A DNA stretch of 64,000 nt, from assembly GCA_003649205.1 (NCBI GenBank), contig QMRC01000001.1:32001-96000 (forward strand), written 5' to 3'. This document shows, one piece after another, positions 31,872 through 42,597 of the stretch. Position 1 is the first letter of the stretch; each line of letters begins with the position of its first letter. A program made the position numbers and the translations under genes. The notes under the pieces were generated by a model that made no database searches, was not told where the DNA came from, and was given only the letters and a program-made list of their open reading frames with translations. The DNA is from Thermoprotei archaeon (GTDB taxonomy: Archaea > Thermoproteota > Thermoprotei > Thermoproteales > B15-G16).

Positions 31872-32436
31872 TCGATTGAGGACCTTTATTGCTGTTGATA
31901 TTGAGGATCCTCAAATTCTCGATAAGTTAATGGAGTTGGAGAAGAGGATTGTTGATACTGGTGCTGATGTGAAGCTAGTTGAACGAGAGAACCTACACAT
32001 AACTCTTAGATTCCTTGGTGAAATACCTATTCCACTTGTCCAACAAGTTCAGAAGCTTCTATCCAAACTCAGTTTCCATAAGTTTAGAGCTAGGTTGAGA
32101 GGTCTAGGTGCTTTTCCTACACCTTCATCACCTAGGGTCATCTGGGTTGGTGTTGCTGAGGGTAGTGAGGAGCTTAAGAGGATCTACGAGTGGATTGAGA
32201 GTGAGCTTAGGAAGCTTGGTTTTAGACCAGAGCGTGAGGAGTTCATTCCACACGTTACTTTAGCTAGAGTACGTAGTCCTAGAGGAAGGAGTGAGTTGGT
32301 TAGGTTGCTTCAGGAGCTTCGTGATATTGAGATTGGTGAGATCATTGTTGATAAGGTTAGGTTGAAGAAAAGTACATTAACGCCTAGAGGTCCAATCTAC
32401 ACAACTCTGTTTGAGGTATGTGCTCAGGAGAGTTAG
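31864..32436 (+). CDS. thpR: RNA 2',3'-cyclic phosphodiesterase (2H family)
   Basis: RTFIA, HITL and HVTL (two HxT motifs), GPIY. Confidence 0.93.
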   Translation: MSSRLRTFIAVDIEDPQILDKLMELEKRIVDTGADVKLVERENLHITLRFLGEIPIPLVQQVQKLLSKLSFHKFRARLRGLGAFPTPSSPRVIWVGVAEGSEELKRIYEWIESELRKLGFRPEREEFIPHVTLARVRSPRGRSELVRLLQELRDIEIGEIIVDKVRLKKSTLTPRGPIYTTLFEVCAQES

Positions 32437-33836
32437 AGAAAGTTCTCAATGAAGTAGCTAGGTTAGTTACTCCCTCTCCTGATGAATACAGAGAGGTTTG
32501 GAGCACTGCCTCTCAGGTAGTTGATGTACTTAGTGAGGAGTTTAAGCGTCGTGGTATTGATGTGAGGGTCGAGGTTGAGGGTTCAATAGCTAAGGATACT
32601 TGGCTTAGTGGTGATAGGGACATAGATATCTTCATTGTTTTCCCACGTAACTACAGTGTTGAGGAAGCTATTAGACTAGGGCTTGAGGTTAGTAAGGATG
32701 TAGCTACATCACGTGGTTGGTCTTGGATTGAGAAGTACGCAGATCATCCATACCTCAGAATTAGTATTGGTGAGTACGAGGTAGATGTTGTTCCCTGTAT
32801 GGAGATTAAGCCTAATGAAAAACCTCTAACAGCTGCTGACAGAACTCCACTCCATACACAGTACGTGAGGAGTAAGCTCAGTGATGACCTAAGGAGAGAT
32901 GTTAGGATTCTTAAGAAGTTCATGAAGACGATTGGTGTGTATGGTGCTGAGATTAAGGTCAGAGGGTTTTCAGGTTATCTCTGTGAGTTGCTGGTGATAG
33001 CGTATGGTGGTTTTACGAAGTTAATTGAAGATGCATCAAAGAACTGGAGACCATACAGGGTTGTTATAGATTTAGAGCACTACTACCCTTCAGCTATTGA
33101 AGCTAGGAGAGCTTTCAAGAATGACGTACTCGTTGTCATAGATCCAGTAGACAGGAGTAGAAATGTAGCTGCTGCAGTTTCACTAGAGAAGTTCTGTACA
33201 TTTATAGCAGCATCAAAGTTACTTCTCGAGAAACCAAGTCTAAACTTCTTTTTCCCTCAAGAAGTCTCTGAAGTAACAGTAAACCGCATTGCGGATCTAT
33301 TAAGAGAACGTGATGTACATATTGTAGCTATAGAGACTAAAGCTCCAAAGGTATCTCCTGACGTACTATGGGGGCAAATAGAGAGGAGCTTAAGAGCGGT
33401 ATCTAAGCTCCTTAACAACTACGGATTTACCGTACTCTACTCAAGTGCCTGGTCTGATGAGGAGACTACTGTTGTGCTTGTATTTGAGGTCGAGCAAATA
33501 CAGAAGCCACGTCTAGAGAAGCATCTAGGACCCCCCGTTTACTCAGATGAATCCCGGAAGTTCTTAGAGAAGTGGATTAGTAGAGCTGTCGTTGGTCCAT
33601 ACATTGAGGGTAATAGGTGGGTCGTGTATAGGGAGAGAAAGTTCAGTGATGTCAGGACACTACTGAGGTCCAAGATCTTCGAGATTGGTCTCGGTAAGTA
33701 CATTGCTGAAGCACTTCGTGAGTGCATGAGCATATACATCGATGATGAAGTACTCGATCTATGTAGAAGGTCAAAGGATTTCACGAAGTTTCTAGTGAAA
33801 TTCCTTAGGAGAGCCCCACCATGGCTCCCAAAGTAG
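32418..33836 (+). CDS. cca: Archaeal class I CCA-adding enzyme
   Basis: GSIAKDTWL..D.DID, YADHPY, DRTPLH, GFSGYL.EL, DPVD..RNVAAA. Confidence 0.96.
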   Translation: MCSGELEKVLNEVARLVTPSPDEYREVWSTASQVVDVLSEEFKRRGIDVRVEVEGSIAKDTWLSGDRDIDIFIVFPRNYSVEEAIRLGLEVSKDVATSRGWSWIEKYADHPYLRISIGEYEVDVVPCMEIKPNEKPLTAADRTPLHTQYVRSKLSDDLRRDVRILKKFMKTIGVYGAEIKVRGFSGYLCELLVIAYGGFTKLIEDASKNWRPYRVVIDLEHYYPSAIEARRAFKNDVLVVIDPVDRSRNVAAAVSLEKFCTFIAASKLLLEKPSLNFFFPQEVSEVTVNRIADLLRERDVHIVAIETKAPKVSPDVLWGQIERSLRAVSKLLNNYGFTVLYSSAWSDEETTVVLVFEVEQIQKPRLEKHLGPPVYSDESRKFLEKWISRAVVGPYIEGNRWVVYRERKFSDVRTLLRSKIFEIGLGKYIAEALRECMSIYIDDEVLDLCRRSKDFTKFLVKFLRRAPPWLPK

Positions 33837-34594
33837 TTAAAGTACGTGAGCTAACCGAGTTACCTCTCACTTCAGACGAAGTACTTGCTCTTTGCTACCC
33901 AAGACCAAGTGAATTTGAGCTACGTTCTAGAGTCACTGAACTACTTGAACTCGGTGTTGAAGAGCTAATATTCGATGGACCTGTTACTATCGGTAAGGTA
34001 CCTGTAGTCGGTAAGGGTTGTGTCGGTATTGTCGTAAAGTGTAGGATTGGTGGTGAAGTGTATGCACTCAAGATAAGGAGAGTTGATGCAAATAGAGATA
34101 GTATGGAGTACGAAGCAAACATGCTAAAACTAGCTAACTCAGTAAATGTTGGACCTCGGTTGGTTAAGTGGAGTAAGAACTTCCTAATTCGAGAATTCAT
34201 TGAGGGAGAACCCATTGGTCGGTGGATAGTGTATGTGAGGGATGAAGTAGCCCTTAGATCAGTACTCAGAGAACTACTTGAGCAATGCTATAGACTCGAT
34301 TCCATAGGTCTCTACCATGCTCAGTTATCTGATCCCAGTAATCACGTAATCATAGACTGCAACCAAAGACCACATATAATAGACTTCGAAACAGCAAGCA
34401 CTACTAGTCGAAAAAGCAACGTAACAGCAGTAACTCAATTCTTCTTCCTCAGACCCACAGAAATCAGCAAGAAAGTGAAAAGTATACTCCACAGCTCCTC
34501 TAACCAAGAAATATTAGCTGCAGCACGTGAGTACAAGAGAACTAGGTCTAGAAGTAGCTTCAGTAAGCTACTGAAAGTACTCAACCTAACCTAG
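33821..34594 (+). CDS. RIO-like Ser/Thr protein kinase
   Basis: GKG..G.V, ALKIRR.D, E...L..AN..GP, IIDFE. Confidence 0.8.
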   Translation: MAPKVVKVRELTELPLTSDEVLALCYPRPSEFELRSRVTELLELGVEELIFDGPVTIGKVPVVGKGCVGIVVKCRIGGEVYALKIRRVDANRDSMEYEANMLKLANSVNVGPRLVKWSKNFLIREFIEGEPIGRWIVYVRDEVALRSVLRELLEQCYRLDSIGLYHAQLSDPSNHVIIDCNQRPHIIDFETASTTSRKSNVTAVTQFFFLRPTEISKKVKSILHSSSNQEILAAAREYKRTRSRSSFSKLLKVLNLT

Positions 34595-34599
34595 CTACT

Positions 34600-35016
34600 T
34601 TACTCCTTAGCCTGTGTCTCTTCACCCTGCTCACTAGCCTTCAAGGTCCTGACTATCGGCTTCACTGGAATAACATCTTCCTTCTTACCAATAACGACAA
34701 AGGACACGGTCTTCGCTAGTGGTCTACACTCAGCAATTATCACCTTGTCACCAGGCTTAACCTCAATGCATGGAGGGCAGTGTGCGTGTAATTTTCTCCT
34801 TCTCCTCTCATACCTCTTGTACTTCTTATCGTAGTGAAGCCACTCGTGAAGTACTGTAATAGTTTTCTGCATCTTAGTGCTCACTACCGTAACTTCCAGT
34901 ATCTTACCTCGAACAGGTAGTGTACCGTGCCATGGACAGTTCTTGTCATTACACGACTTACTCGGTGGTTTTATCCACGGTATACCGATGTTTCTCGGTG
35001 GTCTTTCACTACTCAT
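34600..35016 (-). CDS. rps17: 30S ribosomal protein S17 (uS17)
   Basis: C.D..CPWHG, KYKRYE, H.PPC, ECRPLAKT. Confidence 0.96.
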   Translation of the reverse strand: MSSERPPRNIGIPWIKPPSKSCNDKNCPWHGTLPVRGKILEVTVVSTKMQKTITVLHEWLHYDKKYKRYERRRRKLHAHCPPCIEVKPGDKVIIAECRPLAKTVSFVVIGKKEDVIPVKPIVRTLKASEQGEETQAKE

Positions 35017-35029
35017 GAACTTAACCCAC

Positions 35030-35314
35030 CTACCAATACCTTACTCTCCTCTTCAATCTGTCCTCAGGTCTACCGATTAAAACCTTTCCCTCTACCTTAA
35101 CTAGTAAACCGCTCGGTAAGGTGAAGAGAAAGGTACAGTCCTTCTTTAATACCTTAACTCGTCTACCATCATTGAGCTCTATGGTGAACGTATTCATAGT
35201 TTCGTCAATGACCCTACCCTCAATGCCTACTTGGGACCTGACTCGACTCTCAAGCACCCTTACCTTTAAGCCAATGAGTTCATGTCGAAGTATATTCCTT
35301 GGGGTAATCTCCAT
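35030..35314 (-). CDS. rnp1: RNase P protein component 1 (Rpp29)
   Basis: HELIGL, G.VIDET.NT, G..L.GRPEDRL. Confidence 0.93.
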   Translation of the reverse strand: MEITPRNILRHELIGLKVRVLESRVRSQVGIEGRVIDETMNTFTIELNDGRRVKVLKKDCTFLFTLPSGLLVKVEGKVLIGRPEDRLKRRVRYW

Positions 35315-35315
35315 G

Positions 35316-35564
35316 CTACTTAGCCTTGCTCTCGCTCTGTAGCTTCTTAAGCTCTTCCTCCCTCTCAACTGTTAGTATCCTCGCAATTGCTCTCTTGAGT
35401 AATCTTATCCTAGCAGGATTCTCAATACGACCTCTTGTCGTCAGTAACGTCTGTAATCTCATTAACTCAGCTCTCAATTCCTGAAGTAATTTCTGCCTCT
35501 CCTCCCTACTCATAGCACGTAACTCCTTTGCCTTTATCTTAGCTGGATCTTTTCTCTTTGACAT
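35316..35564 (-). CDS. rpl29: 50S ribosomal protein L29 (uL29)
   Basis: KELR.MS.EE...L.EL..EL, NP.RIR..KR.IARILT. Confidence 0.95.
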   Translation of the reverse strand: MSKRKDPAKIKAKELRAMSREERQKLLQELRAELMRLQTLLTTRGRIENPARIRLLKRAIARILTVEREEELKKLQSESKAK

Positions 35565-35573
35565 CTAAATCAC

Positions 35574-36242
35574 CTACTGCTTGCTCTTAGTAGCTGCTAC
35601 AGCTTCAATTTCCTCTGGCTTAACCTCCTCCGGCTTCTTAATTCTAATTTCATCCTCCAACTTCACAGGTGGTAGTATCTTAACCTCAATTCCGTAGACT
35701 CCAGGCTTGAGTAGACAGTAGACAACGGCTTTGTCTATCTTTTCGCGAGCATCTTGCCCACACTTAATCATAGTACCTACAGTATACTTCTCAAATCTAG
35801 CTCTCTCACTAGTTAACTTACCGCTAATTGTTATCTCTGCTCCTCTAGCTCCAGCAGCCATTATCTGTCTAAGTGCTATAAATGCTGCTCTTCTAAACTT
35901 AATCCCCCTAGCCATTGCTCTAGCTATTCTCTGAGCCATAATCTTAGCACATAGTTCTGGATTCTCAACAGTGACAACATCTATCTGTGGATTCTCTATA
36001 CCGAATTTCTTCTCAAGAATTTGAGCTAGTTGCCTAATGTTTGCACCTCTCCTACCGATGACTTGAGCTGGTCTCTCAGCATAAATCAGGATTCTGGTAC
36101 CTAGAGGTGTCCTCATGATGTCGCACTTGACAAAACCAGCTCTAACGAGTTGCCTCTCTAGGAACTCACTCACTTCCCACTTCTTAATTGCTTCATTCAA
36201 GAACTTCTTAAGTATCGTAGTTCTCTTCTCTTCAAGAGCCAT
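35574..36242 (-). CDS. rps3: 30S ribosomal protein S3 (uS3)
   Basis: TPLGT, VIGRRG KH motif, FRRAA, GARG.EI..SGKL, GVYGI.VKI. Confidence 0.97.
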   Translation of the reverse strand: MALEEKRTTILKKFLNEAIKKWEVSEFLERQLVRAGFVKCDIMRTPLGTRILIYAERPAQVIGRRGANIRQLAQILEKKFGIENPQIDVVTVENPELCAKIMAQRIARAMARGIKFRRAAFIALRQIMAAGARGAEITISGKLTSERARFEKYTVGTMIKCGQDAREKIDKAVVYCLLKPGVYGIEVKILPPVKLEDEIRIKKPEEVKPEEIEAVAATKSKQ

Positions 36243-36284
36243 GTCGTCAAGTTACTGGTGGTACAGATATAAAAACCTTATCAC

Positions 36285-37289
36285 TCACCTCCTTACAAGT
36301 GGGTGGTGACACGCTACGTAGTGCCCTTTCTCAACTTCGATTAACCTAGGTTCTTCCTCTCTACATATCTTATCAGCATATGGACATCTAGGGTGAAATC
36401 TACAGCCTGGTGGTGGGTTGATGGGATTTGGTGGTTCACCACTTAACTTAATTTTCTTTCGCAATCTACTAAGCTTCGGATCTGGTTGTGGTATTGCTGA
36501 GATAAGTGCTAAGGTATATGGGTGATAGGGGGTCTCTATTAAGGTCCTTGTTGGTGCTAACTCTACAATCTTCCCTAGATACATGACTGCTATTCTGTTG
36601 CAGATGTACCTAGCAGTTGCTATGTCATGCGTTATAAATAGGTATGTTAAGTTGAATTCTCTCTTCAGATCAATGAGTAGGTTGAGTATCCTAGATCTAA
36701 TGGATACATCTAGTGCTGATGTAGGTTCATCAGCGACAACAAACTTAGGCTTGAGAATCAGTGCCCTAGCTATGGCAACTCTCTGCCTCTGACCTCCACT
36801 CAACTCATGAGGGTACTTGTCGTAGAAGTACTCAGGTGGTGTAAGACCTACCTTCCTGAGCATCTCAAGAACTAGCTTCCTCTTCTCCTCACCATAGGCT
36901 ATACCGTGGATCTCAAGCGGATGACCAACCTGGTCACCGATCTTCATTCTGGGATTAAGTGACTCATAGGGATTTTGGAAGATTATCTGCATGTATCTTC
37001 TAAGTGGCTTCAATTTCTTCTCGCTGAGAAACGTTATGTCGATATCACTAAATAAGATTCTTCCACTTGTCGGCTTGAGTAATCTAGTTACTAACCTGCC
37101 AACAGTTGTCTTACCGCAACCTGACTCACCAACAAGGCCAAGTACCTCACCTTCCTCAATGCTGAAGCTAACTCCATCAACTGCCTTAACAGACTTCCTC
37201 TCACCCTTAATGCTCGTGATGAATCTCTCGATTAAGCTTCTCTCAACGGGGAAGTACTTCTTCAAATTCTCAACAACTAGTAGAGGCAT
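36285..37289 (-). CDS. oppF: Oligo/dipeptide ABC transporter ATP-binding protein (OppF/DppF-like)
   Basis: GESGCGKTT, LSGGQRQR, DEPT, HPYT, GCRFHPRC. Confidence 0.92.
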   Translation of the reverse strand: MPLLVVENLKKYFPVERSLIERFITSIKGERKSVKAVDGVSFSIEEGEVLGLVGESGCGKTTVGRLVTRLLKPTSGRILFSDIDITFLSEKKLKPLRRYMQIIFQNPYESLNPRMKIGDQVGHPLEIHGIAYGEEKRKLVLEMLRKVGLTPPEYFYDKYPHELSGGQRQRVAIARALILKPKFVVADEPTSALDVSIRSRILNLLIDLKREFNLTYLFITHDIATARYICNRIAVMYLGKIVELAPTRTLIETPYHPYTLALISAIPQPDPKLSRLRKKIKLSGEPPNPINPPPGCRFHPRCPYADKICREEEPRLIEVEKGHYVACHHPLVRR

Positions 37290-37294
37290 TGAGC

Positions 37295-38260
37295 TCACCT
37301 CTTTGCATATAGCCAACACATGACTCTATGACCTGGTTCAACTTCGATCATCGGTGGTTCCTCCTTTTTACAGGTGTCCATACATAGGCCACATCTTGGA
37401 TGGAATCTACATCCAGGTGGTGGATTCAGTAAATCTGGTGGTTCTCCGGGAATTGAGTACAGATTAGCATCGTTACTGATTAGCCTCGGTGTACACATGA
37501 GTAAACCTCGTGTATAGGGGTGCAATGGGTTGTAGAATATCTGCTCTACACTACCTTCCTCAACTACCTTACCAGCATACATCACGACCACTCTATCAGC
37601 TAGATCAGCGACAATGCTTAGGTCATGAATTATCAACATTATCGATACTCTGTACCTATCTCTCAAGTCCCTAAAGATATCGAGGATTTGATCTTGTGTA
37701 ATTACATCGAGTGCAGTTGTTGGCTCATCAGCTATAATGAGTTTTGGTCTCAAGACTATTGCTGTAGCTATCACGACACGTTGCTTCATACCACCACTTA
37801 GCTGATGTGGATAGTCACGTGCTCTATCTCTTGGAATACCGAGAGACTCGAAAACGTCCTCAACTAACTTCCATGCCTCCTCCTCATCCATACCCCTATG
37901 GTACTTCAACATCTCAACAATGTGCTCACCAACCCTCATGACGGGATTCAGTACGACAGATGGGTCTTGAAACACCATTGAGATCTCTGCACCACGAATT
38001 CTCCTCATAGCTTCCTCAGGTAGCTTCAGTAAATCAATACCCTCGAACAGAATTGAACCACGAACAATCTTACCGGGTGGTGGTACTAACCTGAGTATGC
38101 TGTACCCTAGTGTACTCTTACCACTACCACTCTCACCAACAACAGCTAGAACATCGCCTCTACGTAGATCGAGTGAAACATTGTCTACAGCACGGACAAT
38201 ACCTTCGGTGAGAAAGTAGTAGACACATAGATCCCTGATACTCAACAATACGTCACTCAC
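37295..38260 (-). CDS. oppD: Oligo/dipeptide ABC transporter ATP-binding protein (OppD/DppD-like)
   Basis: GESGSGKS, LSGGMKQR, DEPTTALD, GCRFHPRC. Confidence 0.92.
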   Translation of the reverse strand: MSDVLLSIRDLCVYYFLTEGIVRAVDNVSLDLRRGDVLAVVGESGSGKSTLGYSILRLVPPPGKIVRGSILFEGIDLLKLPEEAMRRIRGAEISMVFQDPSVVLNPVMRVGEHIVEMLKYHRGMDEEEAWKLVEDVFESLGIPRDRARDYPHQLSGGMKQRVVIATAIVLRPKLIIADEPTTALDVITQDQILDIFRDLRDRYRVSIMLIIHDLSIVADLADRVVVMYAGKVVEEGSVEQIFYNPLHPYTRGLLMCTPRLISNDANLYSIPGEPPDLLNPPPGCRFHPRCGLCMDTCKKEEPPMIEVEPGHRVMCWLYAKR

Positions 38261-39135
38261 CTAATTCTCCCCCTTTGTCTGGGATTGAGTAGGTATGGGA
38301 GACCTTCACCAATGAGCGTGAAGCCTAGAGTAGCTACGAATATCATGATGCCAGGGAAGAAAGTAGTCCACCAAATACCCCTAACAATGTCACCTCTAGC
38401 TGCTGAAACATCAACACCCCAATCAGGTTCAGTTGGTGGAAGACCAACACCAAGGAAGCTCAAACCAGCTTCTGTAAGTATTGCATCTGCGAAGTTAAGT
38501 GCTAGTACAGGTATAGCTGCTGTGAGTACGTTTGGAGCTACGTAGTACCTCATTATGGTGATGAAGTCTGCACCCATGGCCTTAGCGGCCTCTACGAATA
38601 GTTGCTCACGAACTACTAGAGTACAAGCTCTAATAACTCTGAAGTACGTCGGTACGTATATCACAGCTATCGCAATAGCAACATTAACTATACCAGGACC
38701 GAGAACGAAAGCTAGAGCAATCGCCAGTATAATACCTGGAAATGCGTATACACTATCCATGATTAGAGAAAGCGCTCTATCGATGTAACCACCTACATAA
38801 CCCGATAGCAAGCCAAGTGGTATACCCACTGATGCAGCAATCATAACAGCTAGGAATGCAACCAGTAGACTATTCCTAGTACCCCAGATAACACGACTCA
38901 AGACATCGTATCCGAGAAAGTTTGTACCTAGGGGGTATCTTGGATCTGTGAAGGGTGGTATGTACTCCTCAGCAGCGGGTTTGTATGGGTCCCAAGGAAC
39001 TATGTAAGGTGCTAAAACAGCTATCACTACTAGTGTAGTAACTATGGAGAGACCTGTCATGAACATCTTATACTCGAGAGATTTCCTCAATCCCTTCCTA
39101 CCAAGTATTAGATCAGCGAGATTCACGATCTTCAC
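38257..39135 (-). CDS. oppC: Oligo/dipeptide ABC permease (OppC/DppC-like)
   Basis: PLGT..G.D..SR, EAAKAMGA EAA loop, LSFLG.G, WW...PG. Confidence 0.92.
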   Translation of the reverse strand: MKIVNLADLILGRKGLRKSLEYKMFMTGLSIVTTLVVIAVLAPYIVPWDPYKPAAEEYIPPFTDPRYPLGTNFLGYDVLSRVIWGTRNSLLVAFLAVMIAASVGIPLGLLSGYVGGYIDRALSLIMDSVYAFPGIILAIALAFVLGPGIVNVAIAIAVIYVPTYFRVIRACTLVVREQLFVEAAKAMGADFITIMRYYVAPNVLTAAIPVLALNFADAILTEAGLSFLGVGLPPTEPDWGVDVSAARGDIVRGIWWTTFFPGIMIFVATLGFTLIGEGLPYLLNPRQRGRIR

Positions 39136-39136
39136 C

Positions 39137-40153
39137 TCAGTACCTTACTCTTGGATCAATAAACGCATAAAGTATGTCAGTGATCGTATTCACGATAACA
39201 ACAACAATTGCATACAGTACGATAGCTCCCTGAATAGCATTGTAATCCCTATAGGTAACAGACGTCACAAGGAATGTACCTAGCCCCGGGTAGCTGAATG
39301 TAGATTCCGTCAATACAGCACCTGCAAGCAATAGTGCAAACTGCATACCAGCAATAGTGAGTATTGGTATCAGCGCGTTTCTGAGAGCATACTTCGTAAG
39401 TATTCTATCCTCAGGTATACCTCTTGCTCTTGCAGCGATAATGAACTCCTTATCCAGCACTTCAAGTAAACTCTGTCTAGTCATCCTATTGATCACACCT
39501 GAGATTATGAATCCAAGTGCTGTAGCTGGCATTACCAGGTGCTTGAGTACATCAACAAATATGTCAAGCCTACCCTGAATGAGAGTATCAATCAGGTATA
39601 GACCGGTGATTGGTCTAAACTGACCTATGTACTCAGACGATATCCTACCACTTATGGGGAATAACCCCAGGTAGACACCGAGGATTAACTGCATCATTAG
39701 ACCTAGTAGGAATACAGGTACAGCATATGATGCAACACCAATCAACCTAGTAACTACGTCAATAACGGTATTTCGCTTCAATGCACCTAAGGCACCCAGT
39801 GTAACACCTAAGGCAATAGCTATAACCATAGCCAGTAAACTAAGCTCTAGAGTAGCTAGAAACCTTGGCCATAGGAGATCTCTAACAGGGATTTTCCAGT
39901 AGTAGGAGAGACCGAAGTCACCATGCAGTATCTTACCCAGATAGTCTATGTACTGGATGTGAAGAGGTTTATCTAGACCAAGTGCTTTCCTAAGCTCTTC
40001 AACTACTTCGGGTGGTGCCTTAGGACCGAGTATGACAGACACGGGATCACCAGGGAGTACACGAAGAATTATGAAGACAAGTGTGAGTAGGGTGATCACC
40101 ATGACGGGCATGAGTAGTAGTCTAGCTATTACGTACGTACGTAGAGTGGCCAT
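39137..40153 (-). CDS. oppB: Oligo/dipeptide ABC permease (OppB/DppB-like)
   Basis: PGDP, GLDKP...QY..Y, GDFG.S, ARARG, RNAL.P, E..F..PGLG, RDY, DPR. Confidence 0.92.
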   Translation of the reverse strand: MATLRTYVIARLLLMPVMVITLLTLVFIILRVLPGDPVSVILGPKAPPEVVEELRKALGLDKPLHIQYIDYLGKILHGDFGLSYYWKIPVRDLLWPRFLATLELSLLAMVIAIALGVTLGALGALKRNTVIDVVTRLIGVASYAVPVFLLGLMMQLILGVYLGLFPISGRISSEYIGQFRPITGLYLIDTLIQGRLDIFVDVLKHLVMPATALGFIISGVINRMTRQSLLEVLDKEFIIAARARGIPEDRILTKYALRNALIPILTIAGMQFALLLAGAVLTESTFSYPGLGTFLVTSVTYRDYNAIQGAIVLYAIVVVIVNTITDILYAFIDPRVRY

Positions 40154-40265
40154 GTACTCACCACTCAATGTAGTTAGAATCTTGTATTTGTCTTGAATGT
40201 ATAGGGGTAAAAAGTATTTCTGATTTTAGTTAAAAAGAACATTTGAAGTAGTTACATCTTACTTA

Positions 40266-41867
40266 TTACTTACTAATTTCATAGAGCCAGAGAATGCCCT
40301 CTAATGTCAGCCTAATGCCCTTAATGTCTTTCCAGAATACAATAGCGTACTCGTACGTTGGTATCCAGAGCGGTATTATCGGTACGTCTTCAGCTAGTAT
40401 TACCTGTACCTTGTGGTATAGCTCTGCTCTCTTCTCAACATCTACAACCTTCTGCGCTTCCTCTAGTAGCTTATCGACTTCTGGATTCGCGTAGAAGCAC
40501 CCAAATACTGGTCCACTAGATGATGAGTGTAGAAATGGGTATAGGTAGTTGTCTGGATCGAAGTAGTCTGGGTACCAACCTAGTAGGTGTATGTCGAAGA
40601 CTCCTTCTCTGAAGTGCTTCTTGAATGTACCCCACTCCTCACCCTTAGTCTCTACCTCGATTAGGCCTGTTGTCTCTAGTGCTGACTTAATGACCTCTGC
40701 TACATATGGCTCGAGTGGTCCGTAGTGTAGTAGTGAGTAACCAAGGATTAGCTTTAGCTTCTTTGACTCTGAGTAACCTGCTGCTCTCAGTAACTCGATA
40801 GCTTTTGCTTTAGCTTCATCTGGTGGTAGTACGTACTTCTTGAACACTGGTTTGAAGTACTTCTCAAGACATGGTGTTACCAAGCTGTAGAGTGGTTCAG
40901 CATAGCCCTTGAATACCTTCTCCACGATCTCGGGTACAGCTATGCTATGTAGTATGTATGCTAGCGCCTTTCTGACTCTGACATCGGGTAACTTCTTACA
41001 GTTGATGATTAGGTACCTTATGAATGGTGGTCTACCTTTAATCACTACGAGATTTGTTTTCTTCTCTAGATCAGCGTAGTCCTCAATATTAAGGTGTCTA
41101 AATGCTATGTCTACCTCCCTCTTCTCTAGTGCCATTCTCAGTGCTGATGCATCTCTGAAGAACTTGATGATTATCCTATCGACCTTAGCTGCAGCCTCCT
41201 TATTCCAGTAATCCTCGAATTTCTCGAGGATTAAGTACTCATCAGGTTTGAACTCAACGACCTTGAATGGTCCTGTACCAACTGGTTTTAGATCGAACTT
41301 CTCACCTAGTCTCTCAGCTGCTTCCTTTGGTACTGGGGCACATACTGTGAATGAGAGAACTGGTAGCACTAAACTAGGTACCTTGACATAGAACCTAACT
41401 GTGTACTTGTCAACTACCTCAACTCTCTCAAATACGCTCTCTATCATCCAAGCTGGCTCAGCTACACCTTCTTTAAACATCTTGAGAGCACTCTCGAAGG
41501 TGTACTTCACGTCCTCAGCTGTTAGCTCTGTACCGTCATGGAACTTAACACCTTTCCTCAGGTAGAATGTCCAGACCTTACCATCTGGTGAAACGTCCCA
41601 CCTCTCAGCTAACCAAGGTATGTACTCCTTCCTAACATCATCGTACCTCACTAAGGTATCAAATACGTTGTACAGCACTTCACAGGACATGAACTCATAC
41701 GCCTTTCTTGGATCTAGGTGAACCACTGGATCCAATGTACCAATAACCACTACGGTCATCCTCTTAGGTGCCATTACACCCATCAGAGCAATTGCTATAC
41801 CTGCTACAACAGCTATCACTATGACAATGCTCACTATGACTAATTTAGATAATCCCCTTACATTCAT
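40266..41867 (-). CDS. oppA: Family 5 ABC solute-binding protein (OppA/DppA-like), N-terminally membrane-anchored
   Basis: LDP, LAERW.VS.DG, LRKGVKFHDG..LTAEDV, GTGPF, GW..DY.DPD. Confidence 0.92.
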   Translation of the reverse strand: MNVRGLSKLVIVSIVIVIAVVAGIAIALMGVMAPKRMTVVVIGTLDPVVHLDPRKAYEFMSCEVLYNVFDTLVRYDDVRKEYIPWLAERWDVSPDGKVWTFYLRKGVKFHDGTELTAEDVKYTFESALKMFKEGVAEPAWMIESVFERVEVVDKYTVRFYVKVPSLVLPVLSFTVCAPVPKEAAERLGEKFDLKPVGTGPFKVVEFKPDEYLILEKFEDYWNKEAAAKVDRIIIKFFRDASALRMALEKREVDIAFRHLNIEDYADLEKKTNLVVIKGRPPFIRYLIINCKKLPDVRVRKALAYILHSIAVPEIVEKVFKGYAEPLYSLVTPCLEKYFKPVFKKYVLPPDEAKAKAIELLRAAGYSESKKLKLILGYSLLHYGPLEPYVAEVIKSALETTGLIEVETKGEEWGTFKKHFREGVFDIHLLGWYPDYFDPDNYLYPFLHSSSSGPVFGCFYANPEVDKLLEEAQKVVDVEKRAELYHKVQVILAEDVPIIPLWIPTYEYAIVFWKDIKGIRLTLEGILWLYEISK

Positions 41868-42136
41868 GTAAATCACCAGCTATATAGGTAAAGGACTTGG
41901 AATTAGTAATTTATTAATTAACCTATGTAACCACTATTACCTATGTAAGGCAGAAACTGAGGGATATTCTATAGAGCAAGGAATAACTTCACATAGTACA
42001 AATTTTGAAGTTTACTAATATTCAATTAATATCTTACGTATATAAACCATATGTTTGCTACAGGGACTAGTTGGTTACTCATCTTCGGCTAGAGTTTAAA
42101 TAGTAGAGACCTCATGTACTTCATGGGTACACGACT

Positions 42137-42586
42137 ATGTCAATTGACCTAAGGCAATATATACCTCCTGAGTATGAGCATGAGTGGAAGAACTTCAGGT
42201 ACAGAGGGTACACTCTAGAGGAACTCCTAAAGATGCCAATGGATGAATTCATAAAATTACTACCAGCAAGACAGAGGAGATCGTTGAAGAGAGGTCTTAA
42301 GGAAGAGCACAGGAAGCTCCTAGAGAAGATAAGGAAGGCTAGACAGCTAATGGCCCAGGGTAAGAAGGTAGTGATCAAGACTCACTGTAGGGACATGATA
42401 ATTCTACCAGAAATGGTTGGATTGACAATACACGTGTTCAATGGTAAGGAGTACGTACCTGTATTCATCACTCCATGGCACATAGGTCACTACCTAGGTG
42501 AATTTGCGCCAACATGTAAGAAGGTTGAGCATGGTAGTCCAGGTCTCAAAGCAACGAGAAGTACACTACATCTATCACTGAGATAG
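42137..42586 (+). CDS. rps19: 30S ribosomal protein S19 (uS19)
   Basis: [36 protein letters not shown]. Confidence 0.97.
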   Translation: MSIDLRQYIPPEYEHEWKNFRYRGYTLEELLKMPMDEFIKLLPARQRRSLKRGLKEEHRKLLEKIRKARQLMAQGKKVVIKTHCRDMIILPEMVGLTIHVFNGKEYVPVFITPWHIGHYLGEFAPTCKKVEHGSPGLKATRSTLHLSLR

Positions 42587-42597
42587 TACTCACATCA